The notes under the pieces: generated by a model
Databases searched by the model: none
What the model was told of the DNA's origin: nothing
The model's input: the letters and a program-made list of their open reading frames with translations, nothing else
Shown here: piece by piece, positions 8,596 to 17,277 of the stretch
Layout of the letters: every line of letters begins with the position of its first letter
Numbering within the stretch: the first letter of the stretch is position 1
From: an uncultured Granulicella sp.
Lineage (GTDB): Bacteria > Acidobacteriota > Terriglobia > Terriglobales > Acidobacteriaceae
Direction: 5' to 3'
Length of the DNA: 32,000 nucleotides
Assembly: GCA_965198735.1 (NCBI GenBank)
Contig: OZ240672.1
Coordinates: 50,743-82,742, forward strand
Position numbers and translations under genes: made by a program

Positions 8596-8918
8596 CGCGC
8601 AAGTAGCTCAGTGTCCATGGAGCCGAGCCGGTAAGCGATCGCCTCCGGACAAGCAGCTTTGAGACTCTGCCGATGCCTAAGAATAGAGCATGGTACTTGG
8701 ATGCTTTGAGCAGCGAATCGTGTGTCCCGGTATGGATCGCGGTCTCATCGATGCCGCTCCGCATGCCATAAACTTCATGGTCGTCTTTGATGAAGGCGAG
8801 ATTGGCTGCGTTGCCGGCGTAGCCCAATTTGTTCAGGTGGAGGATCGAGCTTACCCGCGCCCAAGCCAGTCCAGCACGAAATTCGAGCCGATGAATCCGG
8901 GCCCGCCGGTAAGGGGTC
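8596..8918 (-). pseudogene. rfbB: Decayed N-terminal remnant of dTDP-glucose 4,6-dehydratase (rfbB/rmlB): frameshifted, start-less, truncated after ~100 codons
   Basis: One minus-strand frame reads VTRPLTGGPGFIGSNFVLDWLGRG-stop (Rossmann motif at 8884-8910, TAA at 8851-8853). A second frame continues ILHLNKLGYAGNAANLA....SLTGSAPWTLSYLRVLEE, which parallels RmlB VVNVDKLTYAGNLESLA....[24 protein letters not shown] as I recall it. There is no start codon, and the catalytic two-thirds is absent because rfbD begins at 8592. Confidence 0.55.
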
Positions 8919-8921
8919 TCG

Positions 8922-10328
8922 TTACTCTTTACTAGGCAAGTTCGTTTGGTGTACGGAGGAACCTGAGGCAAACGCAGATTCTGCGCCGAGGAAATGGACC
9001 GTAGTAGCCTGCCCCGCGGCAAGGTTAGAAGCTGCGGCAAGATTAGAAACAGATGCGGCAACCTGCGTCCCTCCCGGCCAGCCATAAAGAAAAACCATGT
9101 AGGCGAACCAGTAGAAGGCCATCACAGGGATGTAATTTAGCGCACCGTCGATGGACATGAGAATCAAGTACAGGATCAGCCCCTTCAAGGCGGCTATACG
9201 CAGAGGAGAGCGGATGCACGCCTGGTCGCGGAGCAGCAGAAAAATCGGCAGAGTAAAGATGAGGAGAATTGCCAGCAGGCCGGCCATGCCATAGTTGGCG
9301 AGAGCACTGGCGTAAATAATTTCTCCGAAATACTGGACCGGGGCAGCAGGGAGCCAGCTTATGTTTTGGAGCGACGCCTTCAGGGTGTCGGTTCGCCCTC
9401 CGAGCTGGGTATCAAAGAGGAAGGCCAGATTGCCGGAGGTAAAGGCCAAGCCGACGAGGACTCCTCCGAGGGTAAGCAGGAGAAAGGCGCCTCGTTTGAC
9501 TGCAGAGCCAAGGACCAGGCGTGGCAAGGTGCGCAACGCATTGGCTCCGAGCCGGGCCAGGGAGAGAAGCTGCTCGGCTACGAGACCGAACCACACGGTG
9601 CGCGAGAGGCTGAGGACCAAGGCGAACTTAATGAGATTGCGCCGCCAAAGGCGAGGCTCCAAGTGGTTGTAAAGCGGAAGCAGGATGAGGGTGGCCACAC
9701 CATAGACGTTTCCGTTGTTATAGGTGGAGATGAGTTTGAGGAAGGCTCCGCGATTGATGTGCTTGTAGGCCTCAATCATCCCATAGTCGGCGGCGTTGAC
9801 GGTTAAATACGGTACTTCAAACAAGTGTCCGGTGAGCGGGTATAAGAAAAATAGGAAGATGCCGAACAGCGCTGCGGCTAAAATGCAGAAGCGAAATAGG
9901 CGTTCTAGCCTGGTGCCGTTGACCCACGGCAGAAAAACCGGGTAGATGACGAGAAAGGCAAAGGGAAGCACAAACAGGGAAGTGAAGGTACTGATCGCTT
10001 CGCCGAAGCTGGCGATTCCGTTTTGCTTTGCACTGAAGAGGAACAGGATCAGGAACGGGATGAGAGATGCGATAGCAGCGATCGCTCCCCATTTGAGGCG
10101 TAAAGGAAAAGCCACACAGCGGATGACCGTGAGTACCGGCAGAGTTAAGCCTAGCAGCAGATATCCCCAGGTGAGGGGCACCTCGCCCACCTTGATACCA
10201 CCCTTGGGAAAGAGCACGAGGAAGAGGGTAAGCAGTGCGGCGAGAACCGCGGTGAGGGTGTGTCTCCGTCCTTGAGCCGTGAAGCTTCCTACAAGACGCG
10301 GCCTCAAATCTGTTCCGCCGTCCCGCAT
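8922..10328 (-). CDS. Wzy-like polysaccharide polymerase / O-antigen ligase family membrane protein
   Basis: 468 aa, polytopic (about 10-12 hydrophobic segments). One hand-counted 60-nt line gave 47% GC. Sits between the Wzz-like gene and the rfb genes, the usual wzy position. There is no diagnostic motif, so the call rests on topology and context. Confidence 0.6.
   Translation of the reverse strand: MRDGGTDLRPRLVGSFTAQGRRHTLTAVLAALLTLFLVLFPKGGIKVGEVPLTWGYLLLGLTLPVLTVIRCVAFPLRLKWGAIAAIASLIPFLILFLFSAKQNGIASFGEAISTFTSLFVLPFAFLVIYPVFLPWVNGTRLERLFRFCILAAALFGIFLFFLYPLTGHLFEVPYLTVNAADYGMIEAYKHINRGAFLKLISTYNNGNVYGVATLILLPLYNHLEPRLWRRNLIKFALVLSLSRTVWFGLVAEQLLSLARLGANALRTLPRLVLGSAVKRGAFLLLTLGGVLVGLAFTSGNLAFLFDTQLGGRTDTLKASLQNISWLPAAPVQYFGEIIYASALANYGMAGLLAILLIFTLPIFLLLRDQACIRSPLRIAALKGLILYLILMSIDGALNYIPVMAFYWFAYMVFLYGWPGGTQVAASVSNLAAASNLAAGQATTVHFLGAESAFASGSSVHQTNLPSKE
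9016..9051. repeat. 18-bp imperfect tandem duplication inside the Wzy-like C-terminal tail
   Basis: GCGGCAAGGTTAGAAGCT (9016-9033) and GCGGCAAGATTAGAAACA (9034-9051) are 15/18 identical. They encode SNLAA-ASNLAA in the cytoplasmic or periplasmic tail. Confidence 0.7.
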
Positions 10329-10330
10329 GG

Positions 10331-11518
10331 TTAACGCCGGCCCTGGAAGCTGCGGCGCATTTCGGCAAGATGCGTTCGACTGCGGGGATTTGCCTGAATC
10401 CTGTGCCAGAGCAGGTTGAGTGCGATGCCCGCAAGGCCTGCGAGTAACGCGACCGCCGCATCCAGCATAAGCAGGATACGGCGCGCAGGCCAGGCTTTGC
10501 GCTCGGGAGCGATCGCCCGGTCGACGATGACGAACTGGGCTGCACTGTCTCCAGCTTTAAGCCGATTGGACTCGTATTGATTGGAGATGGAGGTGACGAG
10601 CGCCTCATGGTATCTGACTTCGCGTAACTTGCGGCTATAGTCCAGGTTGAGCTGCGGCATGTTGCGTGCGGAGGCCGCGGCACCGGTGGCTTTGGATGAG
10701 TTGGCCGATTCGAGCGAGTGTTCGTGAGCTTCCAGGCCGGCAATCTGCGCGCGCAGGTCTTTGACCTGCGGATTCTGTTCTGACTCGCCGAGCAGGAGCG
10801 AGGAGAGCTGCACCTGAAGGTTCGAGATCTGCGCGCGCGCATTGGCGATTGCATTAAGGCCGATCTGGGTCTGGGAATCAGGTTGAACTACCCCGGTTGA
10901 CTCCTGCACATCTTTGAAATTTTGTTCCGCAGCGGCTAGGGCATTCTCTTCTGATTTGAGCTGCTGCTCGAAGAACCGGTTGTGGACCTCGAACTCGCTC
11001 AGGATCATCTTTTCCCGCTCGTTTTGCAGGCTTTCAAGGTAAGCGTTCGAGATACGTGCGGCCTGACCAGCGTCCGCGTCCCGTACCTTGATGATGACCA
11101 GACCTCCCCGGCCGGCATCGAAGACGGTACTACTGGATAGTTGAAGACGAGCTATCTCTCTGCTGGATGTGTGATAAGCCGCCAGTAGGTTGACGCGATC
11201 GATGACTTCGTCGGCAACGGAGCGACTCGCCAAGAGTCCGTAGAAGATTTCCGACGAGGAGGAACGTCCGGAGAACAGAGACGCGGGGCTCGGAGTTTCG
11301 TCTCTTTCCTGCGGCAGGATAGATGCATAGGCCTCAAATAACGGCTTGATCGAATAGATATAGGCAACACCGATGGCAAACACAAGCAAGGAGATCGCTA
11401 GGAATCGGCGCCATTGAACGACGAACTTCGCAGCGAGTTCAAGGAGATCGATGCTGTCGTCCAATTCAAGGACGCTGGATGCCTTTGCGGTGTGGTCTTC
11501 AGTCATATCGCTGGTCAC
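10331..11518 (-). CDS. Polysaccharide chain-length determinant (Wzz/GumC-type PCP, no kinase domain)
   Basis: 395 aa. N-terminal Wzz pattern IDLLELAAKFVVQWRRFLAISLLVFAIGVAYIYSIKPLFEAYASILPQE (TM1), a long coiled-coil middle, and C-terminal TM2 ILLMLDAAVALLAGLAGIAL. No Walker A/B tyrosine-kinase module. GTG start at 11518 overlaps the upstream TGA; an alternative ATG lies at 11506. Confidence 0.7.
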   Translation of the reverse strand: MTSDMTEDHTAKASSVLELDDSIDLLELAAKFVVQWRRFLAISLLVFAIGVAYIYSIKPLFEAYASILPQERDETPSPASLFSGRSSSSEIFYGLLASRSVADEVIDRVNLLAAYHTSSREIARLQLSSSTVFDAGRGGLVIIKVRDADAGQAARISNAYLESLQNEREKMILSEFEVHNRFFEQQLKSEENALAAAEQNFKDVQESTGVVQPDSQTQIGLNAIANARAQISNLQVQLSSLLLGESEQNPQVKDLRAQIAGLEAHEHSLESANSSKATGAAASARNMPQLNLDYSRKLREVRYHEALVTSISNQYESNRLKAGDSAAQFVIVDRAIAPERKAWPARRILLMLDAAVALLAGLAGIALNLLWHRIQANPRSRTHLAEMRRSFQGRR

Positions 11519-14076
11519 TTTAGAACGTCAATCGCGGCCGCACCCAACCCGAACTGCCCGATGATCGTCGACGCATCGAGCAGCTCGCGGAAGAAAGCTC
11601 GCTGCGAAAGCCGCGGCGGCACGACGATCGTGTCCCCCGGGAACATGGTGGCGCGCGCCACATGGCCGTATTGCTCGCTGAACACCGAGCCGTCGGCGCG
11701 CAGAATGAATGTCCGCTTGGTATCGGATTCGCGGTCCGGGCCGCCGGCCTGGCGCAGGTAGTCGCGTTCCTTATGGCCGCGCAGGAAGACAAACGCGTTG
11801 GCGCTATATACCTGCCCCTCGACGCTGACCGTCGCCGGCGTTCTCGGCACCACGAAGCGGTCGCCGTCCTCAAGCGCTAGGTCGGGAATGTCTTCTATCG
11901 TGCGGCTGTCCGGCAGCAGGTCGAGCACGATGCGCCCGATCGGCACCAGCCGCCGCAGGCGGGCGATCGTCTGGCGGGCCTGGGTATCGGACGCCGCGGT
12001 GGCCGCCGTGTCCAGGCCGGAGATGGCGCGGCCGTTGGCGATCGCGGACTGCGCCGAAATCTGCGCCTCCAGGTTATCCGCATACTCATTCAGGCGCTGC
12101 TGCTGCACGCGCTGGGTGGACAGCCGGGTAAACTCCGAGCCGTAGAGATAGGCGCTCGGCGTCAGGCCGCCGACCCGCCGCAGCAGCTGCCGCAAGGTCT
12201 CTCCCGGCAGCACGCTGTAGACGCCCGACGAGTTGAACTCGCCCTCGAGCCGCACGAAGCGCGTTTGCTGGGCGGTCGGCACGCGGATGTCCGCGGTCGA
12301 GAAAAAGGTCACCACATCGCCGGAGTTGAGCGGCAGATTCTGGCTTGGATCGCCGCGCAGAAATAGGTCGCCCGGGTTGAACGAGATCAGCGAGGTGGTC
12401 AGCGTCTCCGGATTCAGGCGCTCGATCACGGCATAGGACCAGTCGAGGTCGGGCGCGGCCAGCACGACATCCGTGACCGCGCCGAAGGGCGAGTTGGACC
12501 CGGTGAGCGCCTCGCCGATCGAATTGCCTCCGCGGCTGGTGGCCGTCGCGGCGCCGCTGGCCACGGCCGAATCGCTTCCCTGCGTGTTGCCGTTGCCGCG
12601 GATTTGCAGCGCTCCCGGCACCGCCCGCGCGTAGTCCTGCGCCGTAACGCCGAGAGTGTTGAGCCGGCGATAGTAATCGCGCGCAATCAGCCGGTCGCGA
12701 TTCGGCACCAGGTCCATGATCCGCATGCCGGGATGCCACACATAGCGGCCCGGCGAGGTGACGTTGCCGCGCAGGGTCACCGCATCGTCGTAACGGTTGA
12801 GGATCGCGCCGACCGAGACGATATCGCCGGCCGCCAGCACCGGGTTCTGCCCCTTGGCCGTGTCCACGTCGACGATGCTGCGCATGGTCTGCTCGAAGAT
12901 GCGTTCCAGCCGCACCTGGCTGCCGAGCGCCACGCTGGTTTTGCCGCCGGCCAGCTGCACCGCTTGCGTCAGCGTCGTGCCGGGGGCGATCTCGTAAATG
13001 GCCGGATTGGTAACGCTGCCGGTGACCGCAACCTGCGGGCCCGCGATGGGAATGAACAGGACATCGCCCGGCGCAAGCGGCACGTCCTTGCTCTTGTCTC
13101 CGCGCAGCAGCAGGTCGTAGAGGTCGAAGTGAACCACGGTCTTGCCGCCGCGCTGGAGCTCGATGTCGCGCAACGAACCCTGCGGCAGCGGCCCGCCCGA
13201 GGCGAACAGCGCGTTCAGCAGCGTGCTCAGCGAGCTGATCGTATAGGCTCCCGGCCTGCGTGCCTCACCGACGACGAAGACCTGGATCGAGCGCAGCTGG
13301 CCCAGGTTTACGTTCAGCTCGAAGTTGCGGTAGACGCGGCCGAGCTCGCGGGTAAGAAATCCGCTGAGCTGGTCGTAACGCAGGCCGGCGACGTGCAGCG
13401 TGCCCACTCCGGGATAGGCGATATCCCCGGTGCGGCTGATCACGTAGCGGCCCTGCTGATTTACCTGCCCGTAAATCTCGATGCGCAGCTCGTCACCGGG
13501 GCCGAGCACGTACTCGGGCGCAACCGGAATGTTGTCCACCGGCGCAAAGGTGGAGGGCACGCCGTTGAACAGCGAAGCGCCGAAGATGGGCAGGTCGACC
13601 CCGGTCGACTCCGTCACCAGCCGCTGAAACTGGGTTTGCTGGTCGGCGGTGTAGGCGCCGTTGTCGCGCCGGACGGCCTCGTCGCGGGCGCGGCGGTCGG
13701 CTTCGTCGGCGATGCGGCGGGCGGCGGCTGTGTCTGTGCTGTTGGTCTGGGTCGTGTCCTGCATACGCAGAGGGTTGGCGGTTCCAGCCTGGCCTCCGCT
13801 TTGGCCTCCGCTCTGGGGCGTGGTCTGGACGGGCGGCACGCTCAGTAAAGATGGGCTGCCGGACGGAACCTGCGCTGCCGGAGCTGCCGAGGCGGGAGCC
13901 TGACCGTAGGCAGAGCCACCGATCAGCGCAACCGCCGCCGCCATCAAAGCCGCTCTCCATCGAAGCCGAGCTGGTGGAACGGGGTGCCGGGAAATCTCTC
14001 CTGCCATCGCTTTCAATGCGTTCCTGTTCCGCCGCAGCGTTCCGGGGCGCACGGATAGGGGCGCACGGATCGGCAT
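11515..14076 (-). CDS. Large polysaccharide export protein (Wza/Poly_export N-domain followed by about five SLBB-like repeats)
   Basis: 853 aa. Poly_export pattern YVLGPGDELRIEIYGQ....ISRTGDIAYPGVGTLHVAGL, then repeated SLBB-like modules (IQVFVVGEARRPGAYTI, QVAVTGSVTNPAIYEI, AVTLRGNVTSPGRYVW, FVRLEGEFNSSGVYSV, TVSVEGQVYSANAFVF). Signal peptide LMAAAVALIGGSAYGQA. An alternative start ATG lies at 14007. Confidence 0.8.
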   Translation of the reverse strand: MPIRAPLSVRPGTLRRNRNALKAMAGEISRHPVPPARLRWRAALMAAAVALIGGSAYGQAPASAAPAAQVPSGSPSLLSVPPVQTTPQSGGQSGGQAGTANPLRMQDTTQTNSTDTAAARRIADEADRRARDEAVRRDNGAYTADQQTQFQRLVTESTGVDLPIFGASLFNGVPSTFAPVDNIPVAPEYVLGPGDELRIEIYGQVNQQGRYVISRTGDIAYPGVGTLHVAGLRYDQLSGFLTRELGRVYRNFELNVNLGQLRSIQVFVVGEARRPGAYTISSLSTLLNALFASGGPLPQGSLRDIELQRGGKTVVHFDLYDLLLRGDKSKDVPLAPGDVLFIPIAGPQVAVTGSVTNPAIYEIAPGTTLTQAVQLAGGKTSVALGSQVRLERIFEQTMRSIVDVDTAKGQNPVLAAGDIVSVGAILNRYDDAVTLRGNVTSPGRYVWHPGMRIMDLVPNRDRLIARDYYRRLNTLGVTAQDYARAVPGALQIRGNGNTQGSDSAVASGAATATSRGGNSIGEALTGSNSPFGAVTDVVLAAPDLDWSYAVIERLNPETLTTSLISFNPGDLFLRGDPSQNLPLNSGDVVTFFSTADIRVPTAQQTRFVRLEGEFNSSGVYSVLPGETLRQLLRRVGGLTPSAYLYGSEFTRLSTQRVQQQRLNEYADNLEAQISAQSAIANGRAISGLDTAATAASDTQARQTIARLRRLVPIGRIVLDLLPDSRTIEDIPDLALEDGDRFVVPRTPATVSVEGQVYSANAFVFLRGHKERDYLRQAGGPDRESDTKRTFILRADGSVFSEQYGHVARATMFPGDTIVVPPRLSQRAFFRELLDASTIIGQFGLGAAAIDVLK

Positions 14077-14200
14077 AGCCTTCCCGTCACCCAGCCGGGC
14101 GAGAGGGGCTATGCGTAGTTTACAGAAGAACCGCGGCTATTCGTGCCGGCAGGCAACTGCAGCTACACCTTAGTACCTCCCACGCAACAGAGGAGCAGCC

Positions 14201-14392
14201 ATGAGCAAGCGCATGCAGGAAGGCGATCCGGACGGCACCGAACCCTCCGGCTACACCGGAGCAAACCCGTCCACGGCCGGACCCGGACCGACCAAGGTCG
14301 ACTCGAACACCCCCGAAAACGAGGAAGGTCACCTCAACCCGTCGGCCCCGGAAGACTCGAACACCACCCCCGGCTCTACCTCCAGCAAGTAG
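14201..14392 (+). CDS. Small acidic, low-complexity (predicted disordered) protein, 63 aa
   Basis: Strong SD AGAGGAG about 6 nt upstream of the ATG at 14201. Third-codon positions are about 80% GC, matching the host genes. Pro/Ser/Thr/Asn/Glu-rich with an internal DSNT(P/T) duplication. No hydrophobic segment. Confidence 0.4.
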   Translation: MSKRMQEGDPDGTEPSGYTGANPSTAGPGPTKVDSNTPENEEGHLNPSAPEDSNTTPGSTSSK

Positions 14393-14435
14393 CCGGCCGC
14401 CGTACAATAGGTCCGCGGGCGCAATGCGCTGGCGC

Positions 14436-14512
<77 letters not shown>

Positions 14513-14534
14513 ATCTCTGCGTAGGAGAACTCCG

Positions 14535-15797
14535 TTGCCTGCCGATGCAAACCGCGTTCTCGCTCATCTCCAAGCTCTGCGCGGCCTGACCGGCGATGAG
14601 CATGGCGCGCAGCGGGTCGCCTGGACTGAGACCTGGTTGCGCGCGCGTGCCTGGTTCGAGTCGCTGGTCGACAGCCTGCCGCACCAGGATCGCCTCGAGC
14701 GCCACTACGACGCCGCGGGGAATCATTGGGTCACGCTGCGCGGCGAAGAGCAGCGTGCGCTCATTCTCGGCTCGCATCTGGACTCCGTGCCCAACGGCGG
14801 CTGGCTGGACGGCTGCCTGGGCGTGCTGGCCGCCTTCGAGGTTCTTCGCACTCTGAACGAGACCTACGCCGGCCGGCCACCCATGACGATCCGCCTGGTG
14901 GATTGGGCGGACGAAGAGGGCGCGCGCTTCGGACGCAGCCTCTTCGGCTCCTCCGCCTTTGCCGGAACGCACTCGATTGAAGCCGACCGCGGCCGCACCG
15001 ACCAGGCCGGCACCACGCTCGAAGAGGCGCTCGCCGCGTGCGGCGTCGCCGTGGACCGAATCGGCGAGGCCTCTCTCGAGCGCGCCCATGCCGCCGCCTA
15101 CCTGGAGCTGCACATCGAGCAGGGACCGGTGCTCGAGAGCCGCGGCCTGCCGCTGGCCGTGGTCGCCGGCACCAAGGGTGTGGAGCGCCACGCCATCACC
15201 TTCTTCGGACAGGAGGCGCACTCCGGCTCGACCCCCATGCGCGCGCGGCACGATGCCCTGGCCGCCGCCGCGAAGCTTGCGCTTGAGATTCGGCCGATCG
15301 CCATGCGGCATCCGGACGCGGTCGCCACCATGGGCAGCCTCAAAACCTTTCCCGGTATCGTGACGGCAGTCGTCGGCCGTTGCGAGACCACGCTCGACAT
15401 GCGCGACCTCGACGCAAGCGTCCTCGCCCAGATGCTCGCCGAAGCCCAGACCGCCAGCCGCCGCTTCGCCGAAGAAGAGCGCTGCACGGTCGAGTGGGCG
15501 CGTATCTGGTCGATCGAGCCCATTCCCTTCGATCCGCATCTGATCGCGCTCGCCGCCGAAGCCGTGAGCGAAGCCGCCGGCAAGGCGCCGGTCCTGCCCT
15601 CCGGCCCGCTGCATGATGCCGCGGAGGTCGCCCGCGCCGGCATCCCCACCGTCATGATCTTCGCCCAGTCCCTGCGCGGCCTCAGCCACAACCACGAGGA
15701 AGACACGCAGCACGAACACCTGCTCGCCGCCATCGACGCCTTTGATCGCCTCGCTCAAAAGACGGCCGCCTGGCTCACCCAAACACCTTTGCCCTAA
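14535..15797 (+). CDS. M20/AmaB-family Zn amidohydrolase: candidate N-carbamoyl-beta-alanine amidohydrolase (beta-ureidopropionase)
   Basis: 420 aa. TTG start at 14535 with SD TAGGAGA at 14522-14528. Family pattern GSHLDSVPNGGWLDGCLGV, WADEEGARFG and TPMRARHDALAAAA. The function is inferred from the adjacent preT/preA/dihydropyrimidinase genes. Confidence 0.8.
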   Translation: MPADANRVLAHLQALRGLTGDEHGAQRVAWTETWLRARAWFESLVDSLPHQDRLERHYDAAGNHWVTLRGEEQRALILGSHLDSVPNGGWLDGCLGVLAAFEVLRTLNETYAGRPPMTIRLVDWADEEGARFGRSLFGSSAFAGTHSIEADRGRTDQAGTTLEEALAACGVAVDRIGEASLERAHAAAYLELHIEQGPVLESRGLPLAVVAGTKGVERHAITFFGQEAHSGSTPMRARHDALAAAAKLALEIRPIAMRHPDAVATMGSLKTFPGIVTAVVGRCETTLDMRDLDASVLAQMLAEAQTASRRFAEEERCTVEWARIWSIEPIPFDPHLIALAAEAVSEAAGKAPVLPSGPLHDAAEVARAGIPTVMIFAQSLRGLSHNHEEDTQHEHLLAAIDAFDRLAQKTAAWLTQTPLP

Positions 15798-15891
15798 CCG
15801 CAATGCCTCCGTCCGCTTCGTCTTCCCGCCAGAGGATGCAATAATCGTCTCTTCCACAATCGTTTTGGTCCGTGAGAGAACCGAAGGCCCG

Positions 15892-17277
15892 ATGAGCGAG
15901 TCTGTCCCCTTTTACCCGCAGAATCCTACCCCGCCCGCCACCGCCGCGCGCTTCCCGGACCTGCACGCGCCCTTCGACCGCCAGGCCGCCATCCCCGAGG
16001 CCAACCGCTGCCTCTTCTGCTTCGACGCGCCCTGCATGCAGGCCTGCCCCACCCACATCGACGTCCCGCGCTTCATCAAAAAGATCGCCAGCGGCAACCT
16101 GCTTGGATCGGCCCAAACTATTCTTGACGCCAATGTTCTGGGCGCAAGCTGCTCCCGCGCGTGCCCGGTGGAGGTGCTGTGCGAGGGCGCCTGCGTGCTG
16201 CACCGCTACAACAAACAGCCTATTGAGATTGGCCACCTGCAGCGCTACGCCATGGAAGCCTTTCATTCGAGTGGCGAACGGCTACCGTTTGTGCCGGGCC
16301 AGGACACCGGGTTGCGGGTCGCGCTGATCGGGGCGGGTCCGGCGTCGCTTGCCTGCGCGGCCGAGCTGCGCCGCCACGGCATCGCGGCAACGATCTATGA
16401 CGCGCGCCCCCTGCCCGGAGGGCTCAACAGCTACGGCATTGCCGAGTACAAGCTCACCCTCGCCGCCAGCCTCCGCGAGATCGATATGGTCGCCCGCCTC
16501 GGCGTCGACTTCCACTTCCACACCTCCGTCGACGCCGCTCTCCTCGCCGAGCTCGAACGCACCCACGACGCCATCTTTCTCGGTGCCGGCCTCGGCGCCA
16601 TCCACCGCCTCGGCGTTCCGGGCGAGGACCTCCCCGGCGTCACCAGCGCCCTCGACCTCATCGCCGGATACAAGGACGGCAGCTGCACCTCCGTGCCCGC
16701 GCGCGTCGCGGTCCTCGGCGCGGGCAACACCGCCATCGACGCAGCCATCGCCTCCGTCCGTCTCGGTGCCCGCGAAGTCTCGATGATCTACCGTCGTGGT
16801 CCCGAACAAATGTCCGCCTTCTCCTTCGAGTACGACCACGCCAAACAGGAAGGCGTCCGCTTCCTCTGGCACAAGCAGGCCGTCGCCATCGAAGGAGGCA
16901 CCTCAGTCGAAGCCCTTCGCCTCACCTCGCTCGAGCCCTCCGCCGACGGCTCGCTCATCCCCATCGCCGCCATGGAACTCACCCTTTCCGTCGACATGGT
17001 CGTCCTCGCCATCGGCCAGGCTACGCACACCGGCTTCCTCGCCGCCTCCGGCGTTCAGCTCGAGCGCGGACGCATCCTCATCGACCGCACCACCGGCCAG
17101 ACCTCCAACCCCAAATACTTCGCCGGCGGCGACTGCACCAACGGCGGCCGCGAGGTGGTCGACGCCGTGGCCGACGGCAAGCGCGCCGCACTCGGTATCG
17201 CCGCCCACCTCACCACTAAAGCGGGTGCCCCACATCTCGCTTCTGAGATGTGGGTTTCCACCGAGGCCCAGGCATGA
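15892..17277 (+). CDS. preT: NAD-dependent dihydropyrimidine dehydrogenase subunit PreT (glutamate synthase small-subunit-like)
   Basis: The track ORF starts at 15742, but the likely ATG is 15892 (MSESVPFY). Fe-S motifs CLFCFDAPCMQACP and CSRACPVEVLCEGAC. Two dinucleotide folds, VALIGAGPASLACA and VAVLGAGNTAIDAA. The stop overlaps the preA ATG (ATGA at 17274-17277). Confidence 0.88.
   Translation: MSESVPFYPQNPTPPATAARFPDLHAPFDRQAAIPEANRCLFCFDAPCMQACPTHIDVPRFIKKIASGNLLGSAQTILDANVLGASCSRACPVEVLCEGACVLHRYNKQPIEIGHLQRYAMEAFHSSGERLPFVPGQDTGLRVALIGAGPASLACAAELRRHGIAATIYDARPLPGGLNSYGIAEYKLTLAASLREIDMVARLGVDFHFHTSVDAALLAELERTHDAIFLGAGLGAIHRLGVPGEDLPGVTSALDLIAGYKDGSCTSVPARVAVLGAGNTAIDAAIASVRLGAREVSMIYRRGPEQMSAFSFEYDHAKQEGVRFLWHKQAVAIEGGTSVEALRLTSLEPSADGSLIPIAAMELTLSVDMVVLAIGQATHTGFLAASGVQLERGRILIDRTTGQTSNPKYFAGGDCTNGGREVVDAVADGKRAALGIAAHLTTKAGAPHLASEMWVSTEAQA

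Noticed and set aside
8411-9085. 224-aa minus-strand ORF spanning the wzy-like 3' end, the gap and the rfbD 5' end
   Set aside because: It is a chimeric read-through frame. Its middle is one frame of the rfbB remnant, and its ends are out-of-frame overlaps with the real wzy-like and rfbD genes. The antisense ORF 8690-8935(+) was rejected for the same reason.
14403-14408. TACAAT hexamer 28 nt upstream of the tRNA, as a possible -10 box
   Set aside because: No convincing -35 element at 16-18 nt spacing. The tRNA may simply be co-transcribed with the small ORF. Too weak to report as a feature.
15798-15891. AT-richer patch with a repeated AATCGT between the M20 hydrolase gene and preT, as a promoter or operator
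   Set aside because: It has only two 6-mers and no recognisable -35/-10 pair, so the support is insufficient. The genes may be co-transcribed.
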